Shown here: one piece after another, positions 28,273 through 38,760 of the stretch
How positions within the stretch are numbered: position 1 is the stretch's first letter
Layout of the letters: each line of letters starts with the position of its first letter
NCBI GenBank assembly: GCA_015231865.1
Contig: JADGAU010000001.1
Span: forward strand, 44,559-108,558
DNA: 64,000 nt
From: Gammaproteobacteria bacterium
Lineage (GTDB): Bacteria; Pseudomonadota; Gammaproteobacteria; GRL18
Reading direction: 5' to 3'
The notes under the pieces: generated by a model
Told to the model about the DNA's origin: nothing
Databases searched by the model: none
Seen by the model: the letters and a program-made list of their open reading frames with translations, nothing else
Translations under genes and position numbers: made by a program

Positions 28273-29598
28273 CTATGGTGTAAGGTTTTCTGATGTCGTG
28301 TTTGCTGATGTAGACCTTTCTGGTGCAGGAGGGGTACTCACTGCTAAAGCTTCTAATTTAGAATCATATATTGCCGAAACCATACTATTAATAGAATTAT
28401 ATTTTAAGGGAAACACCAGTTTTTCATGTTCAAGATGATTATCCATCATATGAACAGCTGAGTTCAGCAAGTCGGTAATTGGCTTGGGGTGTTCAGAAAA
28501 AAGCGATAATGACTCATGATTCATTAACTGCTCAAGTTCATTCATAAAGTTAGCTGTGTCTCTAACAAAACTTTGTTGAGGAGTTGCTTGTTTTTGTTCT
28601 TCTAAGGCATTGCCTTCCTTCTCAGTCTGCTGAACTTTTTCATAAGAACTGACAGCGCTTCTAGCCATTTGTTGATGCTTCATTTCTACAGAAAAACCAA
28701 CTAATTCCTGTTCATTAAAACCAATTTCTTTTGATTTATTAAATGCTTCTTCAATATTTCCTTGATAAAAATCCTCTGCAACTGTGCCTAACTGTTTGAA
28801 TAGATCATCAATAGCCGCTCTTTCATCTTCATCTAATTCACCATCAACCTGATACTGTAATTTAAATTGTGATGACTGTTCATGGCTAAAAGAAAAAGTG
28901 GACTGTTCATCTCCCTGTGCGAAAACCGTTGATACTTGTTCATTTTGACGCATAGACAGACCAATAGTAACTTTATCTCCATCCTGAGTTGTTACTTCAA
29001 CGGTTGTTCTTCTTTTTTCAGAAGACTCATCAATACTAGCTGAACTTTGATTGATTAATTCTGCACGTCTGGTCTTTTCTTCTTCAGCCTTTTGTTGTGC
29101 TTTTTCCGGATCTTCTAAACGATCAAATCCCAGTTGAATAAAATCATAGGTTTTATCAATATCTTCTTTAACTTTACCATTTAATACACCAATAGAGTCA
29201 AGAATTTCTTTAGCTTCACTAAAACCTTTTTCGACTGCGTCTCTGGCAACGGCCAAACGTTGTTTTTTATCTTCATCATCATCGCCCATGGCAACGCCAA
29301 GTTCAACGAAGTTTAATATTCTGTCTGCGACTTTATCGGGTGTAAAATCCTCAGCTTTAAGGCCTGATAATTCAACTCCTTCTTCACCAAAACGCTGTTC
29401 CAGTTTATCTGCCAGTTCTTTATTAAGAATTTTTTGAGTTTGCTCAGGAGACATAAATTTAGATGACAATTCGTTAGCCACAGCCGACTCTCGAATTTTA
29501 TTTTCGTCTTTCCTTTCGTCAAAGGACTGAATTTTATGATTTCTATTCTCCTGAATGCCCAACGTATTAGGACTTCCAGAAAGTTTGTCAATATTCAT
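28273..29598 (-). CDS. Acidic hypothetical protein (N-terminal region resembles DUF5610)
   Basis: 441 aa, very Glu/Asp/Gln-rich, no TM or signal peptide. The EDFTPDKVADRILNFVE segment recalls DUF5610 proteins (from memory, unverified). Confidence 0.45.
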   Translation of the reverse strand: MNIDKLSGSPNTLGIQENRNHKIQSFDERKDENKIRESAVANELSSKFMSPEQTQKILNKELADKLEQRFGEEGVELSGLKAEDFTPDKVADRILNFVELGVAMGDDDEDKKQRLAVARDAVEKGFSEAKEILDSIGVLNGKVKEDIDKTYDFIQLGFDRLEDPEKAQQKAEEEKTRRAELINQSSASIDESSEKRRTTVEVTTQDGDKVTIGLSMRQNEQVSTVFAQGDEQSTFSFSHEQSSQFKLQYQVDGELDEDERAAIDDLFKQLGTVAEDFYQGNIEEAFNKSKEIGFNEQELVGFSVEMKHQQMARSAVSSYEKVQQTEKEGNALEEQKQATPQQSFVRDTANFMNELEQLMNHESLSLFSEHPKPITDLLNSAVHMMDNHLEHEKLVFPLKYNSINSMVSAIYDSKLEALAVSTPPAPERSTSANTTSENLTP

Positions 29599-29746
29599 TA
29601 TGACTCCAACTCTTATTTATGGTATCTCAGCAGTAATAGCGTTATAAAATTTATATACTTTAGTATTTTTTTTAAAATAATTAAAGTTTTTTATTTTGTC
29701 CGAAAGAAAGACATTAGGATAGATTTAACTTTATAATGTAAATACT

Positions 29747-30433
29747 ATGAATATAGCTATAATTCCAGCACGTGGTGGCAGTAAAAGAATTCCCAAAAAA
29801 AATATAAAAAAATTTTTGGGGAAGCCTATTATCGCCTATTCAATTGATGCTGCGCATAAGAGTGAACTATTTGATAAAATTATAGTTTCTACCGATAATG
29901 AGGAAATTGCACAGCTTGCATTAAAATTTGGTGCAGAAGTTCCTTTTCTTCGTCCCAATGAGTTAGCAGACGACTTTACGGGAACAACGCCTGTTGTAAG
30001 ACATGCAGCACAATGGGTAGAACAAAATATCGCTAAACCTGATAATATTTGTTGTATATATTCAACTGCACCATTTGTTCAAGCACAGGCAATAAAAGAC
30101 AGTTTTACTATGTTAGCCAATCTAAGTAAAGGTCATATTACCGCTATAACGAGTTTTTCATTTCCTATTCAGCGTGCATTTAAATTAGATAAAGATAACC
30201 ACCCTATCCCTTTTTACCCTGAATATATGCCTTGTCGATCACAGGATCTTGAAGATGCTTATCATGATGCCGGGCAATTTTATTGGTGGACATATGATGC
30301 ATTAATAAATGGTGTTAGCGAACATAAAGCCTATCAACTGCCCCCATATCTGGTCCAGGATATTGATACACTTGAGGATTGGAAAAGAGCTGAATTAATG
30401 TATCAAGTTCTTTCTCAAGAAAAATCATGCTGA
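29747..30433 (+). CDS. Acylneuraminate/pseudaminate-type cytidylyltransferase (NeuA/PseF family)
   Basis: N-terminal IAIIPARGGSKRIPKKN signature; 228 aa. Confidence 0.8.
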   Translation: MNIAIIPARGGSKRIPKKNIKKFLGKPIIAYSIDAAHKSELFDKIIVSTDNEEIAQLALKFGAEVPFLRPNELADDFTGTTPVVRHAAQWVEQNIAKPDNICCIYSTAPFVQAQAIKDSFTMLANLSKGHITAITSFSFPIQRAFKLDKDNHPIPFYPEYMPCRSQDLEDAYHDAGQFYWWTYDALINGVSEHKAYQLPPYLVQDIDTLEDWKRAELMYQVLSQEKSC

Positions 30434-31722
30434 ATGTGCTTATAACCAGTGCGGCTAACAAAGTTTGGTTAATACAAGCTTTTCAACAGGCTGTCAGGAA
30501 AAATGGTGGTGGCCTCGTTCATGCTGCTGATATTAGTGCAAATAAAGCTGCATTACTATTTGCAGATCAGGTATTTATTTCACCCAAAAGTGATCAGCCT
30601 AATTTTATTAATGAAATTATTAGCTATTGTCTCAAGTCAACAATTAAACTAATTGTTCCTAGTAGAGATGCTGAGTTAGCAGTATTTGCAGAACATAGAC
30701 AAGATTTTACTGCAAAAGGCATTCAAGTTATGGTTTCTAATTTGAAAACTATAAAATTATGCCAGGATAAATACTTATTTCACGAGTTTTGCCACAAACA
30801 TAAGTTTAATAATATTGCTACATTCTTAGCAGAAGGAAATTACTTAAAAGAAATACCTCCCAATTTATTTCCTGTTTATGTAAAACCACGAACGGGATCT
30901 GGTTCCATGATGCATCAAGTTATTCCCTCCCCGAAAAAACTGGGCTTATTCTTAAGATTTTATGATGACACTCAATTTATTATCCAGGAACTTCTTAAAG
31001 GCAAGGAAATTACAATTGATATTTTCTCTGATTTTAATGCCCGTGTTTTGAGTGTCGTTCCACGGCAGCGAATAGATGTTCAACACGGTGAGTCCTATAT
31101 TAGCCAAACAATAAAAAATGATGAGCTAATAGTACAATGCCACAAATTAGCCCACAAATTACAACTGATTGGTCATAATACAATTCAATGTTTTGTTGAA
31201 GATATCACTGGTGCAATAAAATTTATTGAAGTTAATCCGCGTTTTGGAGGAGGGGCTGCATTAGGATTTGCCGCTGGGCATCATACGCCAGAATATCTAG
31301 TCCAGTTACTACTTTATAACAACATTCACTCTATCACTGATAGTTACATTGTTAATTTATTGCTATACAAATATTTAAACAATAAAATCCTGCTCAAAGA
31401 AGGTGAGGTTTATCAAGAAACTTTGCCAGATAAACAAACTTTTTGTATTGATATTGATGGCACAATTTGCACTGAATACTGTCAATATGAAGATGCCAGC
31501 CCAATCTATTCAGTCATTAATAAAGTGAATCATTTATACCAGCAAGGCCACAAAATTATCCTATTCACTTCAAGAGGTTATTCCAGTAAAACAAACTGGT
31601 TACCATTAATAGAAAAGCAACTGATCGACTGGGGAGTTAATTATCATGAAATTCATCAAGGTAAACCTTATGCTGATTATTATATCGATAATAAGGCAAT
31701 TGATGTATTGGATTGGGTTTAA
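30427..31722 (+). CDS. ATP-grasp enzyme fused to a HAD-type phosphatase domain
   Basis: ATP-grasp: VYVKPRTGSGS, IEVNPRFGGG. HAD: FCIDIDGTIC (DxDGT), LFTSRG, GKPYADYYIDNKA. 7-nt overlap (ATGCTGA) with the upstream gene. Confidence 0.7.
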   Translation: MLNVLITSAANKVWLIQAFQQAVRKNGGGLVHAADISANKAALLFADQVFISPKSDQPNFINEIISYCLKSTIKLIVPSRDAELAVFAEHRQDFTAKGIQVMVSNLKTIKLCQDKYLFHEFCHKHKFNNIATFLAEGNYLKEIPPNLFPVYVKPRTGSGSMMHQVIPSPKKLGLFLRFYDDTQFIIQELLKGKEITIDIFSDFNARVLSVVPRQRIDVQHGESYISQTIKNDELIVQCHKLAHKLQLIGHNTIQCFVEDITGAIKFIEVNPRFGGGAALGFAAGHHTPEYLVQLLLYNNIHSITDSYIVNLLLYKYLNNKILLKEGEVYQETLPDKQTFCIDIDGTICTEYCQYEDASPIYSVINKVNHLYQQGHKIILFTSRGYSSKTNWLPLIEKQLIDWGVNYHEIHQGKPYADYYIDNKAIDVLDWV

Positions 31723-31816
31723 TTAAACTATTTTATTGGTATTTACCTTAATATAGTTTCTCTTTCAACTATGCAAGACTATTCTTTATTACTTAATTTT
31801 ATGGAGAATCACCAAC

Positions 31817-32851
31817 ATGAAGAAATCCTTTCTATTTCATCATAAATTAACAGTTTTTTATTTACTTAGTTCCTTCATATTTCTTACGTGGATGCAAGTA
31901 GCTCATGCTACAGGAAAAGTAACTGGCTCATTAATTTCAAAACACCCCTCCTGGTTTAAAGAAAGTTTTCTGGATATTAGCGAAGATGTTTCAGAAGCTA
32001 AAGATAATGATAAGCATGTCATTCTTTTTATGCACCTAAATGGCTGTCCATATTGTTATAAGATGACAGAGGAGAACCTAAAAAATGCTCCCTATACCAA
32101 TTTTATTAAAGAAAATTTTGAAGTCATTGCACTAAATATCAAGGGTGATAGAGAGGTCTCTCTTAATGAAGATATTTCATTAACTGAAAAAGCATTAGCA
32201 GAACATTTTAAGGTTCTTTACACTCCAACTGTCATTTTCTTAAACACTGATAACAAAATTGTTGCAAGAATCAATGGTTACCGTAATATTGACGATTTTA
32301 AACAGATATTGGATTATGTCCAAAGCAAGTCTTATCTTAAAACATCATTAGCTAAATTTATTGATGAAAGAAAAAAAGAAAAATATGTTTTTCAATCTCA
32401 CCCATTATTAATGCAATCGGATGATTTACAATCGCTCAAAGGAAAACCTTTGGCTCTTATATTTGAAGATAAATCTTGTAAAGATTGTAGCAAACTTCAT
32501 GAAGGTTATTTAAAAGATCCTGATGTCAATGAAGTATTAAAGAAAATGAACTTTGTTCGTCTTGATGCACTATCAAATCAATCAATTAAAGATATTCACG
32601 GTAATAAAACAACACCTAAAGATTTAGCTGAAACACTTAAATTAAGTTACCGCCCAGGCATTATTCTCTATGATCAAGGTAAAGAAATTATGCGTATTGA
32701 AAGCATGCTTTACAAATATCATTTTACAGAAGTTCTACGCTATGTTGCAGAAGGTCACTATAAAAAATACCCCAAAAGTTTTTATGATTATTTAGATGTC
32801 CGTACAGCTGAATTAGTTAAACAAGGTGTTAATATTGATATTGGCAAGTAG
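31817..32851 (+). CDS. Periplasmic protein with two thioredoxin-like domains
   Basis: Signal peptide ending HA/TG. Two CxxC motifs in thioredoxin-fold context (FMHLNGCPYCYKM; FEDKSCKDCSKL). Confidence 0.65.
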   Translation: MKKSFLFHHKLTVFYLLSSFIFLTWMQVAHATGKVTGSLISKHPSWFKESFLDISEDVSEAKDNDKHVILFMHLNGCPYCYKMTEENLKNAPYTNFIKENFEVIALNIKGDREVSLNEDISLTEKALAEHFKVLYTPTVIFLNTDNKIVARINGYRNIDDFKQILDYVQSKSYLKTSLAKFIDERKKEKYVFQSHPLLMQSDDLQSLKGKPLALIFEDKSCKDCSKLHEGYLKDPDVNEVLKKMNFVRLDALSNQSIKDIHGNKTTPKDLAETLKLSYRPGIILYDQGKEIMRIESMLYKYHFTEVLRYVAEGHYKKYPKSFYDYLDVRTAELVKQGVNIDIGK

Positions 32852-32895
32852 GGGCTAAAGGATTAGAGTTTAGTGATTAGGGGTTAGAAAGAAGT

Positions 32896-33126
32896 ATGGG
32901 ACTTTTAGATAAAGCTAAAGAACTTAGTGATAAAGTTAATGAGTCAGTTACTAAGTTTAGTAGTGATGAGGTCATTGCTAATACCGTTATAAAAGCAGTT
33001 GATAAGCAGGAAAAAGTGAATGCTATTCTTGAGGCTAAAGGCTGTAATTATCGAATCGCCGATATTGAACTTGGAATGGGTATTCCACCAAGTGTATCTT
33101 TTAGTGTAAAAAGAACTGAAAACTAG
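32896..33126 (+). CDS. Small hypothetical protein (76 aa)
   Basis: ORF with AGAAAGAAG about 3 nt upstream of the ATG as a possible RBS. No family recognised. Confidence 0.35.
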   Translation: MGLLDKAKELSDKVNESVTKFSSDEVIANTVIKAVDKQEKVNAILEAKGCNYRIADIELGMGIPPSVSFSVKRTEN

Positions 33127-33587
33127 CTACCGCCTCGAAAATCATGCTGACGCCAGGCCTCATAAGAAATGATGGCCACCGCATTAGATAAGTTTAAGCT
33201 ACGATTTTGTTCTTGCATCGGTATCCGTACCCTATTTTCTACGGCAATACTATCCATAACCTGAACCGGCAAACCATGAGTCTCAGAACCAAATAATAAT
33301 AAATCCCCAGCTTGATAAGCAAGCTTATCATGAGCTTGCTGCCCCTTGGTTGTGCAAGCAATTACCCGTGAATCTGGAAGTGCAGTCAATAGTGACTGAT
33401 AATCAGGGTAAAGCGTAACATTAGCTAAATCATGATAATCGAGTCCGGCTCTGCGTAATTTTTTTTCTTCAAAGTCAAAGCCCATCGGCTCAACGATATG
33501 AAGCTTACAACCGTTATTTGCTGCTAAACGGATGATATTACCGGTATTCGGGGCAATTTTTGGCTCATACAATGCAATATGAAACAT
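33123..33587 (-). CDS. trmL: tRNA (cytidine/uridine-34 2'-O)-methyltransferase, SpoU family
   Basis: 154 aa; [22 protein letters not shown]-terminus; C-terminal [10 protein letters not shown]. Confidence 0.88.
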   Translation of the reverse strand: MFHIALYEPKIAPNTGNIIRLAANNGCKLHIVEPMGFDFEEKKLRRAGLDYHDLANVTLYPDYQSLLTALPDSRVIACTTKGQQAHDKLAYQAGDLLLFGSETHGLPVQVMDSIAVENRVRIPMQEQNRSLNLSNAVAIISYEAWRQHDFRGGS

Positions 33588-33597
33588 AAATAATTAC

Positions 33598-34605
33598 TTA
33601 GTGTTCATAATTAAAATCACGATTTAAAAGACTTTTTACCGCATCCTTAGGTTGCTTATTTTGATATAGCACAGAATATACCTGCTCTACAATCGGCATC
33701 TTTACTTTAAGTGTGTGCGATAAAAGATGAACAGCTTTTGCTGCCTCGTAGCCTTCAACCACTTGCTTTATTTCTTCCATCGCTTGCTGAATATTTTTTC
33801 CAGAACCAATAGCCAAACCTAAACGACGATTTCTAGATTGATTATCTGTACAGGTTAACATTAAATCACCAATACCAGACAGTCCCATTAAGGTAGTTGG
33901 TTTACCGCCTAAGGCAACAGCAAATCGAGTCATTTCAGCAATACCACGAGTAATTAGAGCCGTTCTAGTGTTAGAGCCAAAACCCAAACCATCAGCAATG
34001 CCGGCGGCGATAGCCAAAACATTTTTAACCGCGCCACCGACTTCTAAACCGACAATATCATCGCTCATATAAGGTCTAAAGGAATCATTATGACTAACCT
34101 GAGCCAGTTCTTTAGCAAACCGCTGTTGGTTTGAAGCGATGGTTACAGCTGTTGGTAAGCCATCAGCAACCTCTAGTGCAAAGGTTGGTCCTGAAATAAT
34201 TGCTAATTCGATGCTATCATTAAACTCTTCAATAGCGACTTGATGTAAAAGTTTTTGTGTCTCAATTTCAAAACCTTTTGTTGCCCATGCTAGTTTCTTG
34301 ATATCTGGTTTGAAGCCCTTGATCGTCTGTAATAATGTTCTAAAACTATGGCTAGGAACAGCAATTACTAATATATCTGAAAAAGAAATTGCTGCTTCTA
34401 AGCTTGACTCACATTGAAGATTTTCTGGAAACTGACGATCAGGCAAAAACTCTTGATTTTTACCTTCAAGCTGCATCTTTTTGATCTTATCAATATTTCT
34501 ACCCCATAAAGTAACCGGGTGACCATTGCGACTAAATAGCATGGCTAGAGCGGTTCCCCAGGAACCAGCGCCTAGAACACTAATATTAGCTAACTGCTTT
34601 GACAT
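33598..34605 (-). CDS. gpsA: NAD(P)H-dependent glycerol-3-phosphate dehydrogenase
   Basis: VLGAGSWGTALA Rossmann motif. The track start (34620) is a TTG; I prefer the ATG at 34605. Confidence 0.9.
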   Translation of the reverse strand: MSKQLANISVLGAGSWGTALAMLFSRNGHPVTLWGRNIDKIKKMQLEGKNQEFLPDRQFPENLQCESSLEAAISFSDILVIAVPSHSFRTLLQTIKGFKPDIKKLAWATKGFEIETQKLLHQVAIEEFNDSIELAIISGPTFALEVADGLPTAVTIASNQQRFAKELAQVSHNDSFRPYMSDDIVGLEVGGAVKNVLAIAAGIADGLGFGSNTRTALITRGIAEMTRFAVALGGKPTTLMGLSGIGDLMLTCTDNQSRNRRLGLAIGSGKNIQQAMEEIKQVVEGYEAAKAVHLLSHTLKVKMPIVEQVYSVLYQNKQPKDAVKSLLNRDFNYEH

Positions 34606-34631
34606 TAATATTGATAGCAATACATATATAG

Positions 34632-35117
34632 TTAATGTAAATCTTTATTTACTTCATCTGGTTGTACTGCTGCTTTTTGTTGTTGGATATGTTGTGCATA
34701 CATTGCATCAAAGTTAACAGGTTGAAGAAGTAGTTGCGGAAATCCACCTTTAGTCACTAAATCAGAAATTGCTTCACGAGCAAAAGGAAACAATAAATTT
34801 GGGCAATAACTACCAAGCATTGCATCAAGGTTAGGTTTCTCAAAACCAGTAATATTAAAGATGCCGGCTTGATGAACTTCTGCTAAAAACGCGGTATTTT
34901 CGTCAATTTTTGCTGTCACGGTAATTCGTAAGACAACTTCATAAATATCACCTTCATTAAGTACATTAACAGACGTATTTAAATCCACATTGATTTCAGG
35001 TTGCTTCTTTTCTGTGAAGATTTGAGGTGAATTAGGGGTTTCAAAAGAAACATCTTTGATATAAATTTTTTGGATAGCAAATTGCTGCAGCTTCTCTTGT
35101 GATGCTTCGTCTGACAT
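34632..35117 (-). CDS. secB: Protein-export chaperone SecB
   Basis: [17 protein letters not shown] and [15 protein letters not shown] are close to E. coli SecB. Confidence 0.92.
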   Translation of the reverse strand: MSDEASQEKLQQFAIQKIYIKDVSFETPNSPQIFTEKKQPEINVDLNTSVNVLNEGDIYEVVLRITVTAKIDENTAFLAEVHQAGIFNITGFEKPNLDAMLGSYCPNLLFPFAREAISDLVTKGGFPQLLLQPVNFDAMYAQHIQQQKAAVQPDEVNKDLH

Positions 35118-35133
35118 TTTAACCTCGTATTAG

Positions 35134-35574
35134 TTAAGAATAATGGTTAATCCATTGAGTCAAGCGGCCTTCATCCATCGCACCTGCTTGCCTATCAACT
35201 TCTTGACCTTGTTTAAATAAAATTAGTGTTGGGATACTTCGAATTGCATATTGCGTTGAAAGATTCTGCTGTTCTTCTGTGTTCACTTTAAAGAAAAAAG
35301 CCCGGTGCGACATTGACTCTGCTACTTTCTCAAAAACCGGAGCCATCATCTTACAAGGTCCACACCAGCTAGCCCAAAAATCAACAACAACAAGTAAGGA
35401 GTTTTTTTCAACAAAACGTGAAAAATTTCCTTCATTTAAATTAAATACTCGACCTGCAAATAATGGTGATTTACATTTGCCACATTTAGCAGCTTGATTA
35501 ATTTTAGTAATTGGTAGTTTGTTTATTCCGCTACAATGGCAACAAACAACAAACTTGCTTTGCTCTTCAGCCAT
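35134..35574 (-). CDS. trxC: Thioredoxin 2 (zinc-finger N-extension)
   Basis: N-terminal CxxC...CxxC (CCHCSG, CGKCKS) plus WASWCGPCK. Confidence 0.88.
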   Translation of the reverse strand: MAEEQSKFVVCCHCSGINKLPITKINQAAKCGKCKSPLFAGRVFNLNEGNFSRFVEKNSLLVVVDFWASWCGPCKMMAPVFEKVAESMSHRAFFFKVNTEEQQNLSTQYAIRSIPTLILFKQGQEVDRQAGAMDEGRLTQWINHYS

Positions 35575-35657
35575 AACACACTCTCTTATTCATTAGTCAT
35601 CAATAAATGAAAATCTTTAAAATACAGCGATGCTTTTTATAATATCAGCCTTATAGT

Positions 35658-35927
35658 TTATTTAAATAATAATCCATCAAGCCTACCAGCTGCTTCAGTT
35701 GCATATAAATCATCGCATCCGCCAATATGTTCATCATCAATAAATATTTGTGGAACTGATGTAATTCCACCACTTTTTCCAACCATTTCACTATATTTGC
35801 TTGGATCAGCATCAATATCAATTTCTGTAAACTTAACAGATTTGCTATTTAATAACGATTTAGCACGAACACAATAAGGGCAAAATTGCGTGCAATACAT
35901 AACTATATTTGCTTGCTCTTGAGACAT
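35658..35927 (-). CDS. grxC: Glutaredoxin 3
   Basis: CPYC active site, TSVPQIFI, GGCDDL. The track start 35945 is a TTG; the ATG at 35927 is more likely. Confidence 0.88.
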   Translation of the reverse strand: MSQEQANIVMYCTQFCPYCVRAKSLLNSKSVKFTEIDIDADPSKYSEMVGKSGGITSVPQIFIDDEHIGGCDDLYATEAAGRLDGLLFK

Positions 35928-35968
35928 TTCCTTTTCTTGAGACAATGTTAACTGCTCCTAAACTTAAT

Positions 35969-36382
35969 CTATACTTTACTGACAGGAAGTTTTTCTCCTT
36001 CCCAGGCAACGATGCCGCCTTTTAAATTAAAAACTTGTTCATAGCCTGAACGCCTTAATATTGAAACTGCTCTTGAGGAACGATGACCAGAACGACAACT
36101 GACGACAATGGTTTGATTTTTATATTTATCCAATTCATTTAGGCGGCTTTTCACCTGGCCTAGTGGGATATGAACGGAATCAGCAATATGGCCAGCTTCA
36201 AATTCACTGGGCTCTCTGACGTCAACAACCACCGTGTTTTCCTTATTGATTATTTGAACAACTTCAAGCGGTGTTTTATCCCACTTACCCTTAATAAAAG
36301 AGTTTATAATCATATAGAACAGAATCGTCCATACAACTATTAACAATAAATTGTTACTATAAAATTCACCGATATTTTCCAT
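35969..36382 (-). CDS. Membrane-anchored rhodanese-domain protein (YibN-like)
   Basis: N-terminal TM; rhodanese active-site loop VVSCRSGHRS. Confidence 0.8.
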   Translation of the reverse strand: MENIGEFYSNNLLLIVVWTILFYMIINSFIKGKWDKTPLEVVQIINKENTVVVDVREPSEFEAGHIADSVHIPLGQVKSRLNELDKYKNQTIVVSCRSGHRSSRAVSILRRSGYEQVFNLKGGIVAWEGEKLPVSKV

Positions 36383-36542
36383 TAATCACATGACCTAAAC
36401 TGAATAAAACTGATATAAACGTAAATGAGCAATACGCGAGTGCTATACTCGTATACATCATACCCTAACTTTATTACCAGGGTAAACGGGCAAATAGAAA
36501 GAAACCGGGTACAATTTCTCTTTAGCCAGAAAATTAGCCAAA

Positions 36543-36896
36543 TTAATCAATAGAACAAAAAACCTCTCTCATCATACAGACCAGACGAAGTGTTCTTGCA
36601 TCTCCAACTCGATAATAAACACGATTTGCATCTTTTCTTGAAGCTAGAATGCCTTTATCTCTCAAAATAGCAAGGTGTTGTGAAATATTACTTTGCGATG
36701 TGCCAACCTTTTCGACAATATCCTGCACACTGTTTTCCTGGCTGCCTAATGTACATAAAATCTTTAATCTTAATGGGTGAGACATAGCTTTAAGTGATCG
36801 AGAAGCTCTATCAATATCATCATCCTTAGTCATCAAGCCTAAAAGCTCATCAGTATAACAAGTTGCATTGTCATCTTTAGTATCATTAGTTGCCAT
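36543..36896 (-). CDS. ArsR/SmtB-family transcriptional regulator
   Basis: Winged HTH: HPLRLKILCTL...VQDIVEKVGTSQSNISQHLAILRDKGIL. Confidence 0.85.
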   Translation of the reverse strand: MATNDTKDDNATCYTDELLGLMTKDDDIDRASRSLKAMSHPLRLKILCTLGSQENSVQDIVEKVGTSQSNISQHLAILRDKGILASRKDANRVYYRVGDARTLRLVCMMREVFCSID

Positions 36897-37156
36897 ATTT
36901 AGTTATCCACCCTGGTACAATCTTTTTAAACCGATAAAACACTAAGCAATGAGATATTTATATTTCTCTTACAATCAAGAGTATATAAAATATCCTTGCA
37001 AATTATATTAATATTACAGTATACATTAATATGAGAAAATAAGTAAATGTCTTATAGCTTGTTATCGTTAAAAATGAGACCAATTAGTTATTTAAATATC
37101 GTAGCAAATCAAGTATTATCTAAGTTTTTTGATCAAAGACAAAATAATATTTCCCT

Positions 37157-38716
37157 ATGACCGACTTTAGACCCAAGCCCGTTGCATTAATAATTTTGGA
37201 TGGATGGGGCTATTCTGATATCAATAACAATAATGCCATTGCCAAAGCTAACAAACCCAATTGGGACAAATTGTGGAAACAATATCCTAATACCTTAATC
37301 AAAGGCTCAGGTGCTGATGTTGGATTACCCAGTGGACAAATGGGAAATTCAGAAGTTGGACATTTGAATATTGGAGCAGGGCGTGTCGTTTATCAAGAGT
37401 TCACCCGCGTTAGTCGTTCAATTAGAACCGGTTCATTTTTCTCTAATAACACTTTGACTGATGCAATTGATTTTGCCTTAGAAAATAATAAATCTGTTCA
37501 TGTGCTTGGATTATTATCCGATGGTGGCGTTCATTCGCATGAAAACCATATTCATGCAATGATGAAACTGGCTATAACTAAAGGCGTTGAAAAGCTCTAT
37601 TTACATGCTTTTCTTGATGGAAGAGATACCGCACCTCAGTGTGCAATGAAATCGCTTGAAAAAATGCATCATTATTTAAATGAGCAGGGCAAAGGTCATA
37701 TTGCTTCTATTGTTGGCCGTTATTATGCCATGGACAGAGATCATCGTTGGGATCGAATAAAAACTACCTATGATCTGATCACAGATGGCAAAAGCAAGTT
37801 TTCTGCAAAATCAGCAGCAGAAGCATTAAACCTTGCATACGAACGAGGAGAAACTGATGAGTTTGTGCAAGCAACATCTATTGCCAATATTGATGGTTCA
37901 ATTGCCACTGTTGAAGATGGTGATGTCATTATCTTTATGAATTACCGTTCTGATCGGGCTAGACAAATTACACGCCCTTTTATTTCAAATGACTTTGACT
38001 GCTTTACTAAAGATAGGAACGTTAAACTAGGTCGTTTTGTTAGTTTAACTGAGTATTCTGCAAACTTTGATGTTCCAGTTGCCTTTCCTCCGGAACGTTT
38101 AAATAATGTTTATGGTGAATACATTTCAAAATTTGGTCTTCGCCAATTACGTATTGCTGAAACTGAAAAATATGCACATGTTACTTTCTTTTTTAATGGT
38201 GGTGCTGAAGAGCCATTTGAATATGAAGAACGGATTCTTATTCCATCCCCTAATGTGGCAACTTATGATTTACAGCCTGAAATGAATGCACCAGAGTTAA
38301 CCAAAAAATTAATAGAAGCTATCAATACTCAGAAATACGATAGTATTATCTGTAATTTTGCCAATCCTGATATGGTAGGGCATACAGGTAAACTAGAACC
38401 AACAATAAAAGCAATTGAAGCTGTAGATCGATGCCTTGGTATGATAGTCAAAGCAATACAAGACGTCGGTGGTGAGCTATTAATAACAGCTGACCATGGT
38501 AATGCAGAAAAAATGTTGAATGATGAAACTGGTCAGCCTCATACTGCTCACACCATTAATCCAGTGCCCTTAATCTATATTGGCCGCAAAGCTGAAATTG
38601 CCAGTACGGGTGCCTTATCAGATATTGCACCAACGATGTTAACCTTATTAGGACTGGATATTCCTGAAGAAATGAATGGTAGGTCATTACTTAATTTTCA
38701 AGAAATTAACTTATAA
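37157..38716 (+). CDS. gpmI: 2,3-bisphosphoglycerate-independent phosphoglycerate mutase
   Basis: 519 aa; [30 protein letters not shown]. Confidence 0.93.
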   Translation: MTDFRPKPVALIILDGWGYSDINNNNAIAKANKPNWDKLWKQYPNTLIKGSGADVGLPSGQMGNSEVGHLNIGAGRVVYQEFTRVSRSIRTGSFFSNNTLTDAIDFALENNKSVHVLGLLSDGGVHSHENHIHAMMKLAITKGVEKLYLHAFLDGRDTAPQCAMKSLEKMHHYLNEQGKGHIASIVGRYYAMDRDHRWDRIKTTYDLITDGKSKFSAKSAAEALNLAYERGETDEFVQATSIANIDGSIATVEDGDVIIFMNYRSDRARQITRPFISNDFDCFTKDRNVKLGRFVSLTEYSANFDVPVAFPPERLNNVYGEYISKFGLRQLRIAETEKYAHVTFFFNGGAEEPFEYEERILIPSPNVATYDLQPEMNAPELTKKLIEAINTQKYDSIICNFANPDMVGHTGKLEPTIKAIEAVDRCLGMIVKAIQDVGGELLITADHGNAEKMLNDETGQPHTAHTINPVPLIYIGRKAEIASTGALSDIAPTMLTLLGLDIPEEMNGRSLLNFQEINL

Positions 38717-38760
38717 TCATCTTTATTTTTAAACTAAAAGGTTAAATTTAAAAAATTAAG

